DNA of 64,000 nt from Lepidodermella squamata (GCA_047495785.1 JBLDXI010000009.1:4402001-4466000); one strand, 5' to 3'; positions 24,424 to 36,549 are shown, counted from the stretch's first letter. The notes: generated by a model not told the origin, from the letters alone. Numbers and translations: made by a program.

Positions 24424-25582
24424 TGCCCAAACTGGCCATCGCAGGGCGACAAGAAATGACAAAAAATAATTACATTTTTTCAAACGAAATTTCGAGAAAA
24501 AACATATCAAAATTGGTGGCTCACATCAGGGCTGTAAAGCATGAAAGATTTAGTTAAAAAGCTGTCAAGACTCACCCGGATTCGGCGAGGTGAAAATACA
24601 TTTTTTTAATTAAGGCGGGCAATAACAAATGAATGTTACACCAGGAAAACAGGAGAAAAATTTGTTGCCAACTTCACTTTTAGCTTACGTTTCACCCTGA
24701 CTTAAAACGGCCTATCGATACCGAGGCGATAAATTGGAAAGGTCAAGCTGATTGGTTTTTTTCGAAAAAAAGTGAGGAAAAGATGAGAATTATCTTGTGG
24801 ATAAAATTCGAAACTGAGAAAGATGGAGATGAAGTTAGTTAGATAAGTTAGTAGCCACGTGTGAATTATGAAAATACAACAAATTAATCACAGTTATAGC
24901 ATCCTAGCTATACTAATTGCGCAATAGGCGTCCGAGGAAACTACTTTCGTCTAACTGGGTTTTTTTCGGTTTCGTAACAATCGAAAATTTGAGGAATAAG
25001 CTGGCGCCGTCTTTTCAAAGTGTGATTTTTAATACAAATTTCAACTCTTTTTCAAAAACGATTGAGCTACCTAACCGTAACGAGGGGGAATTTCGGACAA
25101 GATCTAAGGTAAAAATTTGTGAAATTTGAAGTCAAGGTAAGCAGCGATATTATCCTTGATTTGTCTTTAAAATGATTGAAATTCGCCCTATTTTAACTTG
25201 ATTTTTTTTGGAATTTCACGATTTTTTCTAATTTTGGAAAAGCTAAGTAAGCTAAAGTAAGTAAGCAAATAAGTTTTAGGCTGAATTCACTGATTATTTT
25301 TTTATAATTATTCTGATCAATCTTGACCCGCGAAAAATATCCGAAAAGTTATTTCAGGCCACTATAGAAAATTATTTAATTCCGAGATAACTTTTTCAGT
25401 CGAAAATTAGAAATGCGAACACATTTGGAGAAATAGATGTAAAGAAAGAACGTTTTTTCACTATGATTTCTTTATTCCTATCGCACAACGTTACATTAAA
25501 TCTACAAAGTGAGATGAGTGGCAAAGTATTGAGAATTTGTTTCATGTAAAGCTATCGAAAGATGATCATGGATCATGGTCAT

Positions 25583-25627
25583 TCATTCGTCATGGGCGAA
25601 AAGCCGACGTGGCTCGACGCGATGGGC
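25583..25627 (-). pseudogene. 3' fragment of the small family (AHRVEPRRLFAHDE*)
   Basis: Matches the end of copy 2 (AHRVEPRRLFDHDE*) and its 3' flank (25450-25530 versus 8400-8480); similarity stops abruptly at 25627. Confidence 0.65.
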
Positions 25628-25761
25628 TACAACAATGTGTCCCACATCATTTTAAAATATTAAAAAAAAACGAAAAGTGTACTTCGTGTAATATGACATT
25701 TTTACGTTTCATATATATTTTTTTCATAAAATTTTGTTTTTCACGGAAACGACGAATAGGA

Positions 25762-25822
25762 GTTAGGGTTTGGGGTTAGGATTAGAAGTCAGGGTTAGGG
25801 TTAGGGTTAGGGTTAGTTTAGG
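25762..25822 (+). repeat. Interstitial degenerate (TTAGGG)n telomere-like repeats
   Basis: gttagggtttggggttaggattagaagtcagggttagggttagggttagggttagtttaggg; shorter copy at about 56523-56543. Confidence 0.7.
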
Positions 25823-26230
25823 GCTTGGTGAGGGTTCAGGGGGGTTAAGGTTGGAGTTATGTTTAGGTCGATTTTCAAGTTTTTTTAAAGTTCGAGGTCT
25901 ATCAATTATAGACGTGATAATAAAAATGTTTATTCAATCGAAAAACCATAATTTGGCTGGAGTGGAGCATTTTCTCTAAGGGCTGCAGTTTCTAATTTAG
26001 TGCTGTAACCATAGATTTAGGGTGGGCATAAGACACACCCCCAAAAATGTGCTTTTTTAAATATGCCTCCAAGTTTGAAAAAAAACTCAAATAAGCTATT
26101 GCAATCTTCAGTTTTTATTACTTGTATCACTAAACTCATCATCAAGCACGCTTTCAATGAGGTTGGTAACATAAAAAAAAGTGAAAATATGCGGATATTA
26201 AAATTATCGTTAGTATTATTAGTCGGAGCC

Positions 26231-26562
26231 TTATTCCATTTTGCAATCGTCCTGACTGAAAAGCCGACGCGGTTGAACACGGCTGGCGCGTGGAATGTAG
26301 CGCCGGCGCGGGCAGTTGCCGCCGTAAAACGGGCAACACACCTGCCAGCCGGCGTCACGCATCACTGATCGACACGCTGTGCCGCCACGCTCCACTGATT
26401 TCACTTGTTGTTAGCAGGCTTGTTATTAGCCTCTGGACAGCCGGAATTTCCTACCGAATTTAGGCGACATTTGAAGTAGATTCGAACCATTGAACCGGGC
26501 GGCGAATAACCCCACAAATTCGTCGGCGTCGTCGATTGATTATTTTCTCCTTTCTCAACCAT
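26231..26562 (-). pseudogene. Frameshifted copy of the small family
   Basis: Frame 1: MVEK..STTPT..MVRIYFKC..NNK* (stop 26401). Second frame: ..VMRD..CCPFYGGNCPRRRYI..VQPRRLFSQDDCKME*. Frameshift near a short tandem duplication (about 26405-26430) and a knuckle Cys-to-Tyr change. Confidence 0.7.
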
Positions 26563-27982
26563 TTTATACTCTAAATTCACATAATAATTAACCGAAAAAT
26601 TCATTTTTAACACTGGAAGAAAAAAAAAGAAAGGGAAATTTTATGAAGAAACTTGAATCTGCAGTCATCAGTCATCCGAAGCGAAATGCCACGAGAAAGT
26701 GAGCATTTTATGCGAGTTTTACTTGTCCCATATATTTTGGCCCTCCCATCGGACAAAGGAGTTACCGTCAAACACAGAAAATATCGGCCAGATGTATGTA
26801 TCAATATATTCTAGATTTTTTCAAAATTCCTCAAGTCGCACATGCATTCAGCCCTAGTTTCGACCGAATCCTAGTTACGGCCTTTCTATAACCAGCCGAC
26901 GAAAAAGGGATAAAGATAAATCCCGGTAAAATCGCCTGAATTACCGGAAACCGCTATTCGATAGCTCATGAGTTACTCTACTACCTCGCATTTTTCGTTA
27001 ATTTCAGAAAAATCTATCCGATTCCTGGTTCCAGAATTCGCGAAAAACTCGAAAAGTGGCCTAAACTAGGGCGAGGTTATTAATCGTTGTCATGATACCA
27101 TGGTACGTCTCATGATCGTTGTTGGCGAAATTTTCAGAGCTTAAAAATCACTAATTATTATGGCGAGCTCTCTTTCGCACCAAATGTAAAAAGCATGTCG
27201 TCGAATTTTCTCGAATTGTTTCGCAGCATTATTGCCGCCAAAAGAAACCCGATCACTTGGGTTTTATATGGCGACGAAAATGAATGCAAGCATGGCATCA
27301 AGTCCAAATAATCTACGAATTCTTAAACGCCTTGATATTTGTACTGATGAGGCGCCGAAACCTAGCAAGTGATTATTGTTGGTTATATTCACCAAAAAAC
27401 CCGTTGTGTTCATTTATTTATTATTTATTTGGTCTAATTTGCAGGCAGAGAGCTGATAGTCATATATCAACCTTCCCTAAAAGTATCACCCTTGAATTCC
27501 CGATTGAACAGTCTGAAAAAGAGCAGAACCAAAAACACTCTATCGGACCATCCCATCGGCCAGGTGATGGTTGGGGAGACGGTATTTGACCCACAAATAG
27601 GACTCATTACCATGCGCTTATATCTGCCGCAAATTTTGAGTACGCGTAAAATTTCCGTGTAATTTTTTCGAGCGAGAACCCCACATTCAATCGACACCTA
27701 CACCACCAACAATAATTAGTATAAAATCTGAATCAATGTAATATCCTATCCTGTATGCAGAGAACACGTACAATGTATAATATATATACGTCGGATGCGC
27801 CATAAGCCCACCTGTGGCCGGTGCTTAACTTTACTTTTTGAAATAAAACATTGCTTGCTTCAATCGACGGAGAGACGGTCAAATTTAATTTTGGCCTGAA
27901 AACCGACAACATTTTCGAAAAGTCACCATTGAAGGATTACGCCATCAACCTAATATAGGAGTGCGCGCGCGGACGAAACATA

Positions 27983-28658
27983 TCGTCGTCGGTGCGGCCA
28001 AAAGTATTATATCCAAGAGAATTAATTTTGAGATAAATCGAAAAAACATATTTATTTTCGAAATTTTCAGTAAAATATGTCACTAAGTCGAACATGAGGG
28101 TAGTTGATCACGGCGGATCGAATGGCGCCAACCATGTTTACCGGTGATGCACCGTTTTTGCGCTATCGAGACATATGATGGATATAATACTGTTTCGTAC
28201 TTTTTTGTTTTTGTGTGATGGTGTTTTTACATAGAGTGGTTCGAGTCCCCGTGCTTGCATACATTTTTTGGCGATTTTTCTTTTTTTTAGCGTGGACAAA
28301 GAGGGTTAATTTTTGTTTGGCATCAACATCGCACTGCTGTGGTTCGATTCCTCATGCAGGCATTTACTTTTTTGCGATTTTTACATCACCATTTTTCTCG
28401 CGATTGAGTGATTTTATGCTGGATATAATACTTTTTGTGCCCTTTCGAACTCATGCCATGGAGATAATACTGTTGATTCTGCCGATAAAGTGACCTAGTA
28501 AAAAAGGCAGGAAAGTGGATATAATACTTTTGATCCCTGGCGAATTTTGAGATGCGGTTTTCAGAATAATAACGGGCGTTAAATTCCGAGCCCGAAACTG
28601 TAAAAATCTCATTTTCGATTTTTTATGGATATAATACTTTTGGCCGCACCGACGACGA
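27983..28658. mobile_element. Tc1/mariner-type MITE (TA-flanked) nested in the right end of a second MULE copy
   Basis: TIR TCGTCGTCGGTGCGGCCAAAAGTATTATATCCA at both ends, TA on each side, internal ggatataatact repeats; flanks gagtgcgcgcgcggacgaaac / ttaggcgggcctggaaatatgc reconstitute the 17409-17451 TIR. Confidence 0.75.
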
Positions 28659-29013
28659 TATATTAGGCGGGCCTGGAAATATGCAGCCCAAATTCTCAGC
28701 AACCCTTATGGCTATCAACCTATTTTTGATATCGTCAGACTCCCCGTTATAATTGATCATGAAAGCAACATCAAAATCTCACGATGCCAACATTTTCGTC
28801 ATACCCCAATTTTCACTTGGTGAGCTAGTCTTGTTAAACGGCCAAATTTAACGCAGGAATGTCGAAGGGACTCAAATAGAATGCATAAAATAGTTTATTC
28901 ATATTCCATTAATGCTTGAGAATATTTATGCCAGCAGAAAACAACACAACACAGCAAACGCTACACTAAAGCAAACCGCTAATTTCTGCTCAACTCTCCT
29001 CTCACACGGTCTT

Positions 29014-29276
29014 TCATTCATAACCGCTGTTTGATGAACGTGGCATGTTTCTCTTGTAGAAGACGCCGTCTTTATTCACCGCCGAGTCCTCCACGGTCGT
29101 CGGCACTCCGCATTGTGCGTAAAACTCACACGCAGTTGCACCCTGGAGGCGGAACCCTTTGCAGGGTGTCTTGTCGTTGAGGCACGCCGTCGCACATGCC
29201 TCAAGTCCATTGGCACTTGCCGTAGCTAAAATGTCTTTGCATTTATAACTGATCTCAAAGAAGCTATTGAGGCTGG
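29014..29276 (-). CDS. Terminal exon encoding a PAN/apple-like Cys domain (5' exons unresolved)
   Basis: Acceptor tttcacag ending at 29277; C...LEACATACLNDKTPCKGF...C.FY.C pattern typical of PAN modules; GC-rich relative to flanks. Confidence 0.5.
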
Positions 29277-29593
29277 CTGTGAAATAAACAGATATATTAT
29301 AATTTCGTAAGATTTTTCTAAAGAATTGGCATACTTTTAACTCTAGCGTTGAATCTACCGAGAAAAAACATATGCAAGCTCGTTGTTTAAGATAAAATTC
29401 AACTTTTGCATTGAAATCTAAAAAATTGAATATTGAAGACGATGATTGGAATCGTATTTTATGGCGTTGAAAATTCCCAACGTCTAATTCTCTGGAATGT
29501 GCGAACGGGGGACGAAAACGCGAACGGGAAATTTCGTCGAAACTTATATAGTGCATGCGCTGAAATATTGCAGCATTTATTCGCTGGTTGTAC

Positions 29594-30071
29594 GACTTTT
29601 CAGCTTCAGCAGTGAAATTTGAGCAAATGAGGGTCAACTCATCAGTGACTTTTCATCAGTGACAAATGAGCAGTGAAATTTGAGCTGCGACATTTGCGCA
29701 GGGATTTTTGCTTATATTTTTCCAATTTATTATCTTTATCTCGGTGACATTTGCTCAGTGACATTTCAGCGGAGACTTTTCATCAGTAGAATTTCAACTG
29801 TATTCAGCAGGGGACTATGCGCTGCATTGAAGTTGAGCTCAAAAAGCGCTAGTTCAATGCCCGAGATCGATAAATAAAAATTGATGAAGTGTCACTTGCT
29901 CATTTGTCGCTGCTGAAATGTCACTGCTCAATTGTCTTCAAGGATTATTTAAATTAACCCCAAAAACCAAACGTTGATTATTATAAATTTACTACTGACA
30001 AGGTGTCACTGATGAAAATTATTCACTGCTGATTTGGCCCTCATTTGCTGAAGTGTCACTGCTGAAAAGTC
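29594..30071. repeat. Palindromic MITE-like element with internal cagtgacattt repeats
   Basis: gacttttcagc..cagcagtgaaatttgagcaaatgaggg at left mirrored by ccctcatttgctgaagtgtcactgctgaaaagtc at right. Confidence 0.55.
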
Positions 30072-30319
30072 AGACCACGGTTTTAAAAAAGATTGGTAAA
30101 AGAAAAAATATGCGAATAAGTATTAAAATTATCCTTAGAGTACTTAGGTACTTAGGTACAAATTTAGGCGACCTTTACATTAGATTCGAGCTAAAATCGA
30201 AAAATTAGAGATGAGTCATTTTTCAAGCTTTGCGAGCTGATTTTTATTGGCTGATTTCGCTCGAGGTAATAATAAATGGCAAATTTCACTCCTTTTGGCT
30301 TCCCGATCAATAAAGCGTC

Positions 30320-30990
30320 AAGTTATCCCTAAAACTCTAGCGACAAATTAGCCTGCGACAAAATAGCCTTATTTGAATTTCTTTAGGTAACATTACAGCT
30401 AGCGACCATTTCGCCTGCGACAATAACGCTGACCTTGAGAAAATAACATTTTTCTTCGCGACAAATTAACTGGCGACATTTGATAAAGCGACAACAACGC
30501 AGGAATGCCGGAAAACTAAGCAGCACTAACTTTTTTTTTAATTTAGAAGACTGCATGCTCCAGCTCCAGGATACAAGATCGCACCCTGCATAGCCCTATC
30601 TCGAATAGAAGCCTAGTCTTGAATGGATGCTAGTTTTTGCTGGTTTTCGAGGCTTCAATTTTGCATAATTTGGCATAATGACAAATCATTAAGCGAGGGC
30701 AGCTTATATAACGCCCAAACCATTGTTGGGCGATTTTGTCGCGTGTGAACAGGTCGCTAGCGCTCCTGTCGTTTATGTTACAGGTCTTTATTACATTAAT
30801 TAAATTTGTAGGCTCGCGACATTTTCGCCCCGCTTCCAGCTATAATGACGCTTTTTGATATTTTTAATCAATTAAATTATTTTTACTACTTCGTCGCTGG
30901 CGTACTCGTCGCCAGCTAAAATGTCGTGGGCGCATTTGACGGGACGCAAACTTAACCAGCGTACTAGTCGGGGCTTATTTGACACCCGAC
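30320..30990. repeat. MITE-like element with gcgaca(a) subterminal repeats on the left and tgtcgc/gtcgc on the right
   Basis: Multiple gcgacaaa/gcgacatt units at 30340-30495 and inverted units at 30735-30930; boundaries approximate. Confidence 0.4.
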
Positions 30991-31291
30991 CCTTTGGTTT
31001 CCTAGCGCTAATTAAATCGCTATAAAAATATTTTAAAATTAAATTTTCTCTTTTATCGTTGCTGGCTCTTTTTCGAAATGGGTCTTAAGTTGTCAGTTTT
31101 ATCAATGACTTTACCAGGTTTCGGCGAAACGAAAACTGCTGCAATGTTACTTCTTTATTCCTGTCACTAGAAACTCGGAACTTTCATAATAATGTATAAA
31201 AGTGGCGTGGCTTGTTGAGAGAAAATAAAGAATATAACAAAAAGGAAAAGAAAAATCATCAAAAAAAGATGAGTCATCGCTGTAATAATAT

Positions 31292-31777
31292 TCAAGCGTG
31301 GTGATGATTGAAAAGCTGGCGCGGTTCAACGGTGCGTTGAATGTAACGACGGCGCGGGCAGCAGTTGCCGCCGCAGTGCGGGCACTCGTTGTGCGCACTG
31401 GCGTCACTCATGAGTGGGCACGCGCGGCCGGCGGATCCGCCCTCGTCACGCTTCATTGACTTGATGCGCTTATCCTCGCCATCATCCAACTCAACGTCAT
31501 CAGGTGCTGCGTTGTTCAAAGGCCGTTCGAAGGCCCGCCCATCTAGATCCATCGGCTCAGTCGGCTCGTCACGCTTCACTGGTTTCATCTGCTGATCAGC
31601 AAGCCCGATTTCACCATCGTTCGAGCAAAAGTTAGACGGCTGTCTGTGGTTCATTGCTGGACTAGCGGTGTTGTCGACCGATTGCTGGTGGCATTTGAAG
31701 AAGGTGATACGATGGGCCAGTTCGCCATACCTCGTTGGCGTTATCTGTTGATTTGTTGCATTTAGCTCCTCGGCCAT
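31292..31777 (-). CDS. Small Cys-knuckle/RxLF family protein, copy 8 (161 aa)
   Basis: ITPTR, RITFFKC, two KRDE repeats, CPHCGGNCCPRRRYI, VEPRQLF, His tail. Confidence 0.8.
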   Translation of the reverse strand: MAEELNATNQQITPTRYGELAHRITFFKCHQQSVDNTASPAMNHRQPSNFCSNDGEIGLADQQMKPVKRDEPTEPMDLDGRAFERPLNNAAPDDVELDDGEDKRIKSMKRDEGGSAGRACPLMSDASAHNECPHCGGNCCPRRRYIQRTVEPRQLFNHHHA

Positions 31778-32363
31778 TATCTCGATAACATGCTGTAAGC
31801 AAACTTCGAAAATTTGAAAGAAATTCGAAGCGAAAGAAAGCGATGGGGTCGTAGAAAATCACGTTAGCTGACCTTGGGGGTGTAAATATTATAGGGGATA
31901 TGTTCTCTTGATATATTAACAAAATGACGTAAGCGCCATAAAACGGGTCATCAAAAGCTCTTCAAGTAAAAATAATAGAGATGGGCAAAAAGACTTGAAA
32001 ATGTAGAAAAGTTGGAAACGAATTGGAAACTAATTAATTTTTTAGCCAAAAATCCTAGCTATTTTTTTTAATTTGAAATTCTTCTAAAAATGAAAATTGT
32101 AATTAAATTATAGAGTGGTACATTGCATTTTAAAGCTGTTTGATCTGAATAGGTCTACAATTTTAAGGGAACAATGGTAAAATTTCTCTGTCGCTCCTAT
32201 TCAAAATTTGGATAAAAATAGGATCTGCGCCAGCACGTCTCATTTTTCTAGACCGCGATCGTGAAAAACGCGGGCAAAAACGGGGTCAGAAAACGAGAGA
32301 TTCGCTACAATTGGAAGTTTTCTTATTCGTATAAAGTTTGTTGGCTCAGCCTTTTAATCTTAA

Positions 32364-32418
32364 TTAAGACAAAAATAGCCCGAGCCAGTATTACGTAACA
32401 CAGAAACTCAAACAATGG
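32364..32418. promoter_or_regulatory. Conserved upstream module of the small-gene family
   Basis: ttaagacaaaaatagcccgagccagtattacgtaacacagaaactcaaacaatgg, about 600 bp upstream of the copy 8 ATG. Confidence 0.55.
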
Positions 32419-33622
32419 CTGAACGGTGAAATGTCCTGATTTTTCAGATCGTTTTATTTTCACTAATTGACAACAATACAGTTAAATTAAAGCCACGCTA
32501 TAGAATGATAGAATGATAGAAAACAGGACGCTTGATTTTTGAGACGAAATAAATGATGAAAAAACGTCGCATTCGAGGAATTTGGCAGCCGTCCCTAATT
32601 AAACGCTTTGTTCAGACCAATTTCCATCAGATATATTCGATCAATCATTAATTTTGCTCTTTTGTCGTTGCGCAAATATCAACTTACGTGTATTTTAATT
32701 TGTTACCGACTTTCGAGCCGCAATTTAAAAAATTATGGAGAAATTCAGTTTAATCATCGTGTTTAAACTCGAAACACGCTTTAAAGTGCCTGAAATAAGG
32801 AATTAATAGGAAATAGGACTAATTTTCGGGAAAATCACGAATTACCTTGCGCACCTCTGGTTTAAATTTCAGAATTGTTAAGAAGGGGCTGATTTTTAAG
32901 CTTCAAATAAGTAACAGGTTTTGTCCAAGGTTGCCCCTTGTTACGGTTTATATGTAAGTGGAAGTTCTCAGAAAGGTCACAAAATCTTTGGAACGAAAGG
33001 AAGCAAAAAATTGGCTTTTTTAATACAGCGTGCCGCAAGTAACGCAGAAAAAGAAAAAATACACGACATAATGGGATGAGAAAATCTACGATGAGTGACG
33101 TAAAATTTCAATTGCAATATCTGAATTCACAATAAAGTATAATATGAAACTTGTCCACGCGAAAAAAAGGTGAATGTTTGTCCGACCAGGTAAAATACCG
33201 AAAAATACCAAACCTGTTTTACCATCGGGTATTTCCGGGTTTTCTTCGGTAAAATTGAAACTTGCACGGTGAAATTGCAAATTGAAATTGGGGAAAGTTT
33301 TATTTCAAAAAATGTGATGATAAAAATAGCCAAAAACGCGTTTTTAATTTTTCGCAAGCAACTTGTTCAAGCTTAATTTGAAGATATTAAAACTGCTAAA
33401 AAAACCCTGGCATTTTCAAGACTAACACTTAGACCTCATCAAATTTGACAACCAATTTTTTCGCTTTACAGTTTACTAAAAAATGTAAACATAATAGAGG
33501 AACGCACTTGCATAGATATTCCTAAGAACATGTTATTGATAAAACAAACAAGCGCAAAAAAATAACTGATTTACAAAATTTCAATGTGATAATAAAACGG
33601 GAAGTCATAATAGCATGTCATT

Positions 33623-34288
33623 TCAAGCTTCGATCTCCAGGTCGAGGCGGCATTTTTGTAGACGAACCCGGCTGTGATGAGGCATCATACTTTTCGACAC
33701 CTTACCACAATATTTCCCAGGCGGGGTCGATTCGATAACGGCTTCAGGTGGCGAATTCGAACACCGATCGCTGTCGACCCTGCGCCGCCACGCTCGTTGA
33801 TCGCCGTCGCGCATGGTTACGTAATAGCTGGCCCGCTGTTCGGCGGCGGTCGATGAAGCCACAGGCCGTGTAATCAAATCGAGACGGCCGTTAGCCTCGC
33901 ACAGCTCGACAAATGCCTTGTAGCCACCCTGGAGTAGGTAGACCTCCGGGTAGTCCAACTTGGGGTAGTTTTCTCGGTTGAATGCGCGGTCTTTGTTGCG
34001 GAACCAGCGAAGCGCAGCCGGGGCGCGCTGGCTGCTGAATTCGCAGTGGAAAATCAGAACGCGGCGGTGCTGTTGTTGTTTCACGATGGGGAAAGCCGAC
34101 TCGAGTTGCGACAACAACGGCGTGTTGATCGCTCCGCGAATGTGGCCGCCTTCGAATTCGTACGGGTAACGGCAGTCTGCAATGTCAAATGCGTCGATTT
34201 TCGACGCGAATCGCCCGTCCAACAGGTCGATGAGAACCTGAGGCGAAATGGCGGTCAAGCTTTTGGCTGGCGAGGTCGGTAAAAGAGT
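33623..34288 (-). CDS. cdc25: Cdc25 (M-phase inducer) phosphatase catalytic exon; 5' exon(s) not identified
   Basis: LPT...ISP, DCRYPYEFEGGHIRGAIN, active site HCEFSSQRAP (HCX5R), DR..N..YPKLDYPEVYLLQGGYKAF; phase-0 acceptor tttcag ending at 34289; no in-frame ATG before the catalytic Cys. Confidence 0.92.
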   Translation of the reverse strand, partial: TLLPTSPAKSLTAISPQVLIDLLDGRFASKIDAFDIADCRYPYEFEGGHIRGAINTPLLSQLESAFPIVKQQQHRRVLIFHCEFSSQRAPAALRWFRNKDRAFNRENYPKLDYPEVYLLQGGYKAFVELCEANGRLDLITRPVASSTAAEQRASYYVTMRDGDQRAWRRRVDSDRCSNSPPEAVIESTPPGKYCGKVSKSMMPHHSRVRLQKCRLDLEIEA

Positions 34289-35882
34289 CTGAAAGTATAA
34301 AAAAAAATCATTTTTTTCATATTTTGAGCATGGATTTTTTTGAATTTTCGATAGCTAGCAGCATGTCCCAAAATTGTTGCGGAAATAAAAAATTTTGGAG
34401 GTCGCAAAATTAATTCGCCAAAAAAGCCGTTTCGAGAATTTTATGGCGAATTGCATGATTAATAATAAATTAATAATATAATTAAAAAAATTCTTAAATT
34501 TTGCCTTCTTAAATTCTTAAATTTTGCCTTCCTTCGCCTTCCACAAAACCCGGAAGGGTATAGACGCCTTAGTCGAGTGGAAGTCAAATAAAATCATTCG
34601 TATTCGTATAATTAAAAAAATAATCAATTAAAAGAAATTTAAAATTGCCGTAATATTATGGTGTAATGAATAATTTTCCATTGTCCTCGGCATTTTGGGA
34701 CACTGCTCTAAAGTAGCCTCAAATAAGGATTCTCACCTATGATAATTTCACGATTTATTATGAAATTTTGAAATCATCAGTGATGATATCATAATTTGTC
34801 GAGAATTTTCCAAGCTTATCTGTTGTTCGATCTGATCGCTTCGATACATCTGTATTGCCAACAAGTCGATAGACATATTAGCGATCGATTTTTCTATTGC
34901 TTCGATTTCAATAGCATCCGCTTGATTGCAATTGGCTACTAGAACAAGCGCCATAATATATAATATGCGTCATAAAAGTCGCGATAAATAAAATCTGAGA
35001 TGACAAGTTTTTCATCGGTGATTTGCAAAGCTTTATATAGCACCTCATATCAACGCTGTCGCCGTTTACAAGAAATGGCCCTGTAACATAACGTCCCCAA
35101 CTTTTATAGTCGGGTCCTTTTTTGTCTTAATAATTGTCTTAATGCGATAATTATTCTATCTAATCGCGAATGTCTTTTTAAATCTATAAATTGCCGCCGT
35201 CCAAAACTAGGAGACATGCTGAAGAATGAGGGCCAATGAGCGATTTCGGTAAGGAAAAGTAAGCTGGTCTCGGCCGGTATCGCTGTTTGGGCCTCAAAGG
35301 ACGTAGCCGAGTCGAAAACCTGTGTGGCGCAGGTTGAATTGTCAACTCTATATTGTGAATTAGGTAGCGTGATCTCGTCTTGGACACCATTGTTAGACGA
35401 GGACACCTTTTCGCTTCTGATCCAACGTTTTTGGCCAAACTTTTTATCAGCAAAAAACTTGTTGTCTTATTTAATGGTTTTAGTTAACTTTTGGGAAAAT
35501 CATGTTTTTCGAAGGTTTTAAAATTTCGTACATTCCAACGGACAAGCGGACAAGATTATTCCTGATTTTCCGGAATATTGTTTTGAGCTGGGTCCTTTTC
35601 TGAATATATGTAATACTTATATAATATTGTACACGTAATATTAATAACATTAATCACATTTAACCGAAGAATTTGATATTTTCCCGAGAAAGTAATACGG
35701 TATTTTCGGTATTTTGCCCGGTTGAACCGAATTTCTCGGATTTTTTATTTCATTGACAAATGTCATGCTTAATAATTTTTCTGACCTAAAAATGCTGACC
35801 TCGCCTCTCATTTTAGACTCTCTACCCCTTATCAAGGACTTCTCTTTTTGTTAGCGCATATTTAGGACGCAATGTATAATTA

Positions 35883-36328
35883 CAGTGAAAGTTGTCTAAA
35901 CCGGACTTTCTCTAAACCGGACGTTTTCGGGTGGCTCGATCCAAAAGTGTGGACTTCACATTATAATTTTACTGTCCAAACCGGACTCTCTAGACCGGAC
36001 TGGTGCTATAAACCGGACGGATTTTGAGGTCTGAGTCCGATTTACGCATAAAAAGGGCCAATTTTGTAGGGGATTTGGGGGAAAAGCAGGCGCCTGCCTG
36101 TCATGAAACACCTCGAAAATGTTAAAAAAATTTTAATAGGCCAATCATCCCGGATCTAGCATCTATAGTCTATGTAGTTCAATTATTTATATAGAAAGAT
36201 ATAGCTTAAATGACTTTGAAGTTCGTAAAATGTGAAAAATCCTAGGGTTTATATTTCCCTCTTTCCCATTTCTAAACCGGACCATTTCGACTGGCGCGAC
36301 CCGAGTCCGGTTTAGACAACTTTCACTG
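35883..36328. mobile_element. Tc1/mariner/pogo-type MITE
   Basis: TIR CAGTGAAAGTTGTCTAAACCGGACT, TA on both sides, internal aaaccggac repeats. Confidence 0.8.
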
Positions 36329-36363
36329 TACTATCTCGTTCACTATGTTTCGATTTCATAATA

Positions 36364-36549
36364 CAGGGTGGCCAAAAAATTGTGCAAAAGGCGAATTCGT
36401 TGCGCAACGATTTAATGCTTGATCGATTTTGAGAAATTGAGGAGTTTCATTTTGGCAAAATAATGCTTGAAATTCTTCAACTTCTTAAAACTCCTCATTA
36501 AATTGATACGCATCGAATTCGCCTTCTGCCCAATTTTTTGGCCACCCTG
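36364..36549. mobile_element. Short mariner-type MITE
   Basis: TIR CAGGGTGGCCAAAAAATTG..., TA on both sides, near-palindromic body. Confidence 0.75.

Noticed and set aside
28238-28362. GGTTCGA B-box-like motifs as tRNA genes
   Set aside because: No cloverleaf; they lie inside a TIR element.
29594-30990. Short interspersed repeats as a CRISPR-like array
   Set aside because: Irregular spacing, inverted symmetry and eukaryotic context indicate MITE subterminal repeats.
35104-35453. ORFs at 35104-35453 as the missing Cdc25 N-terminus
   Set aside because: No recognisable Cdc25 motifs, and no convincing phase-0 donor joining them to 34288.
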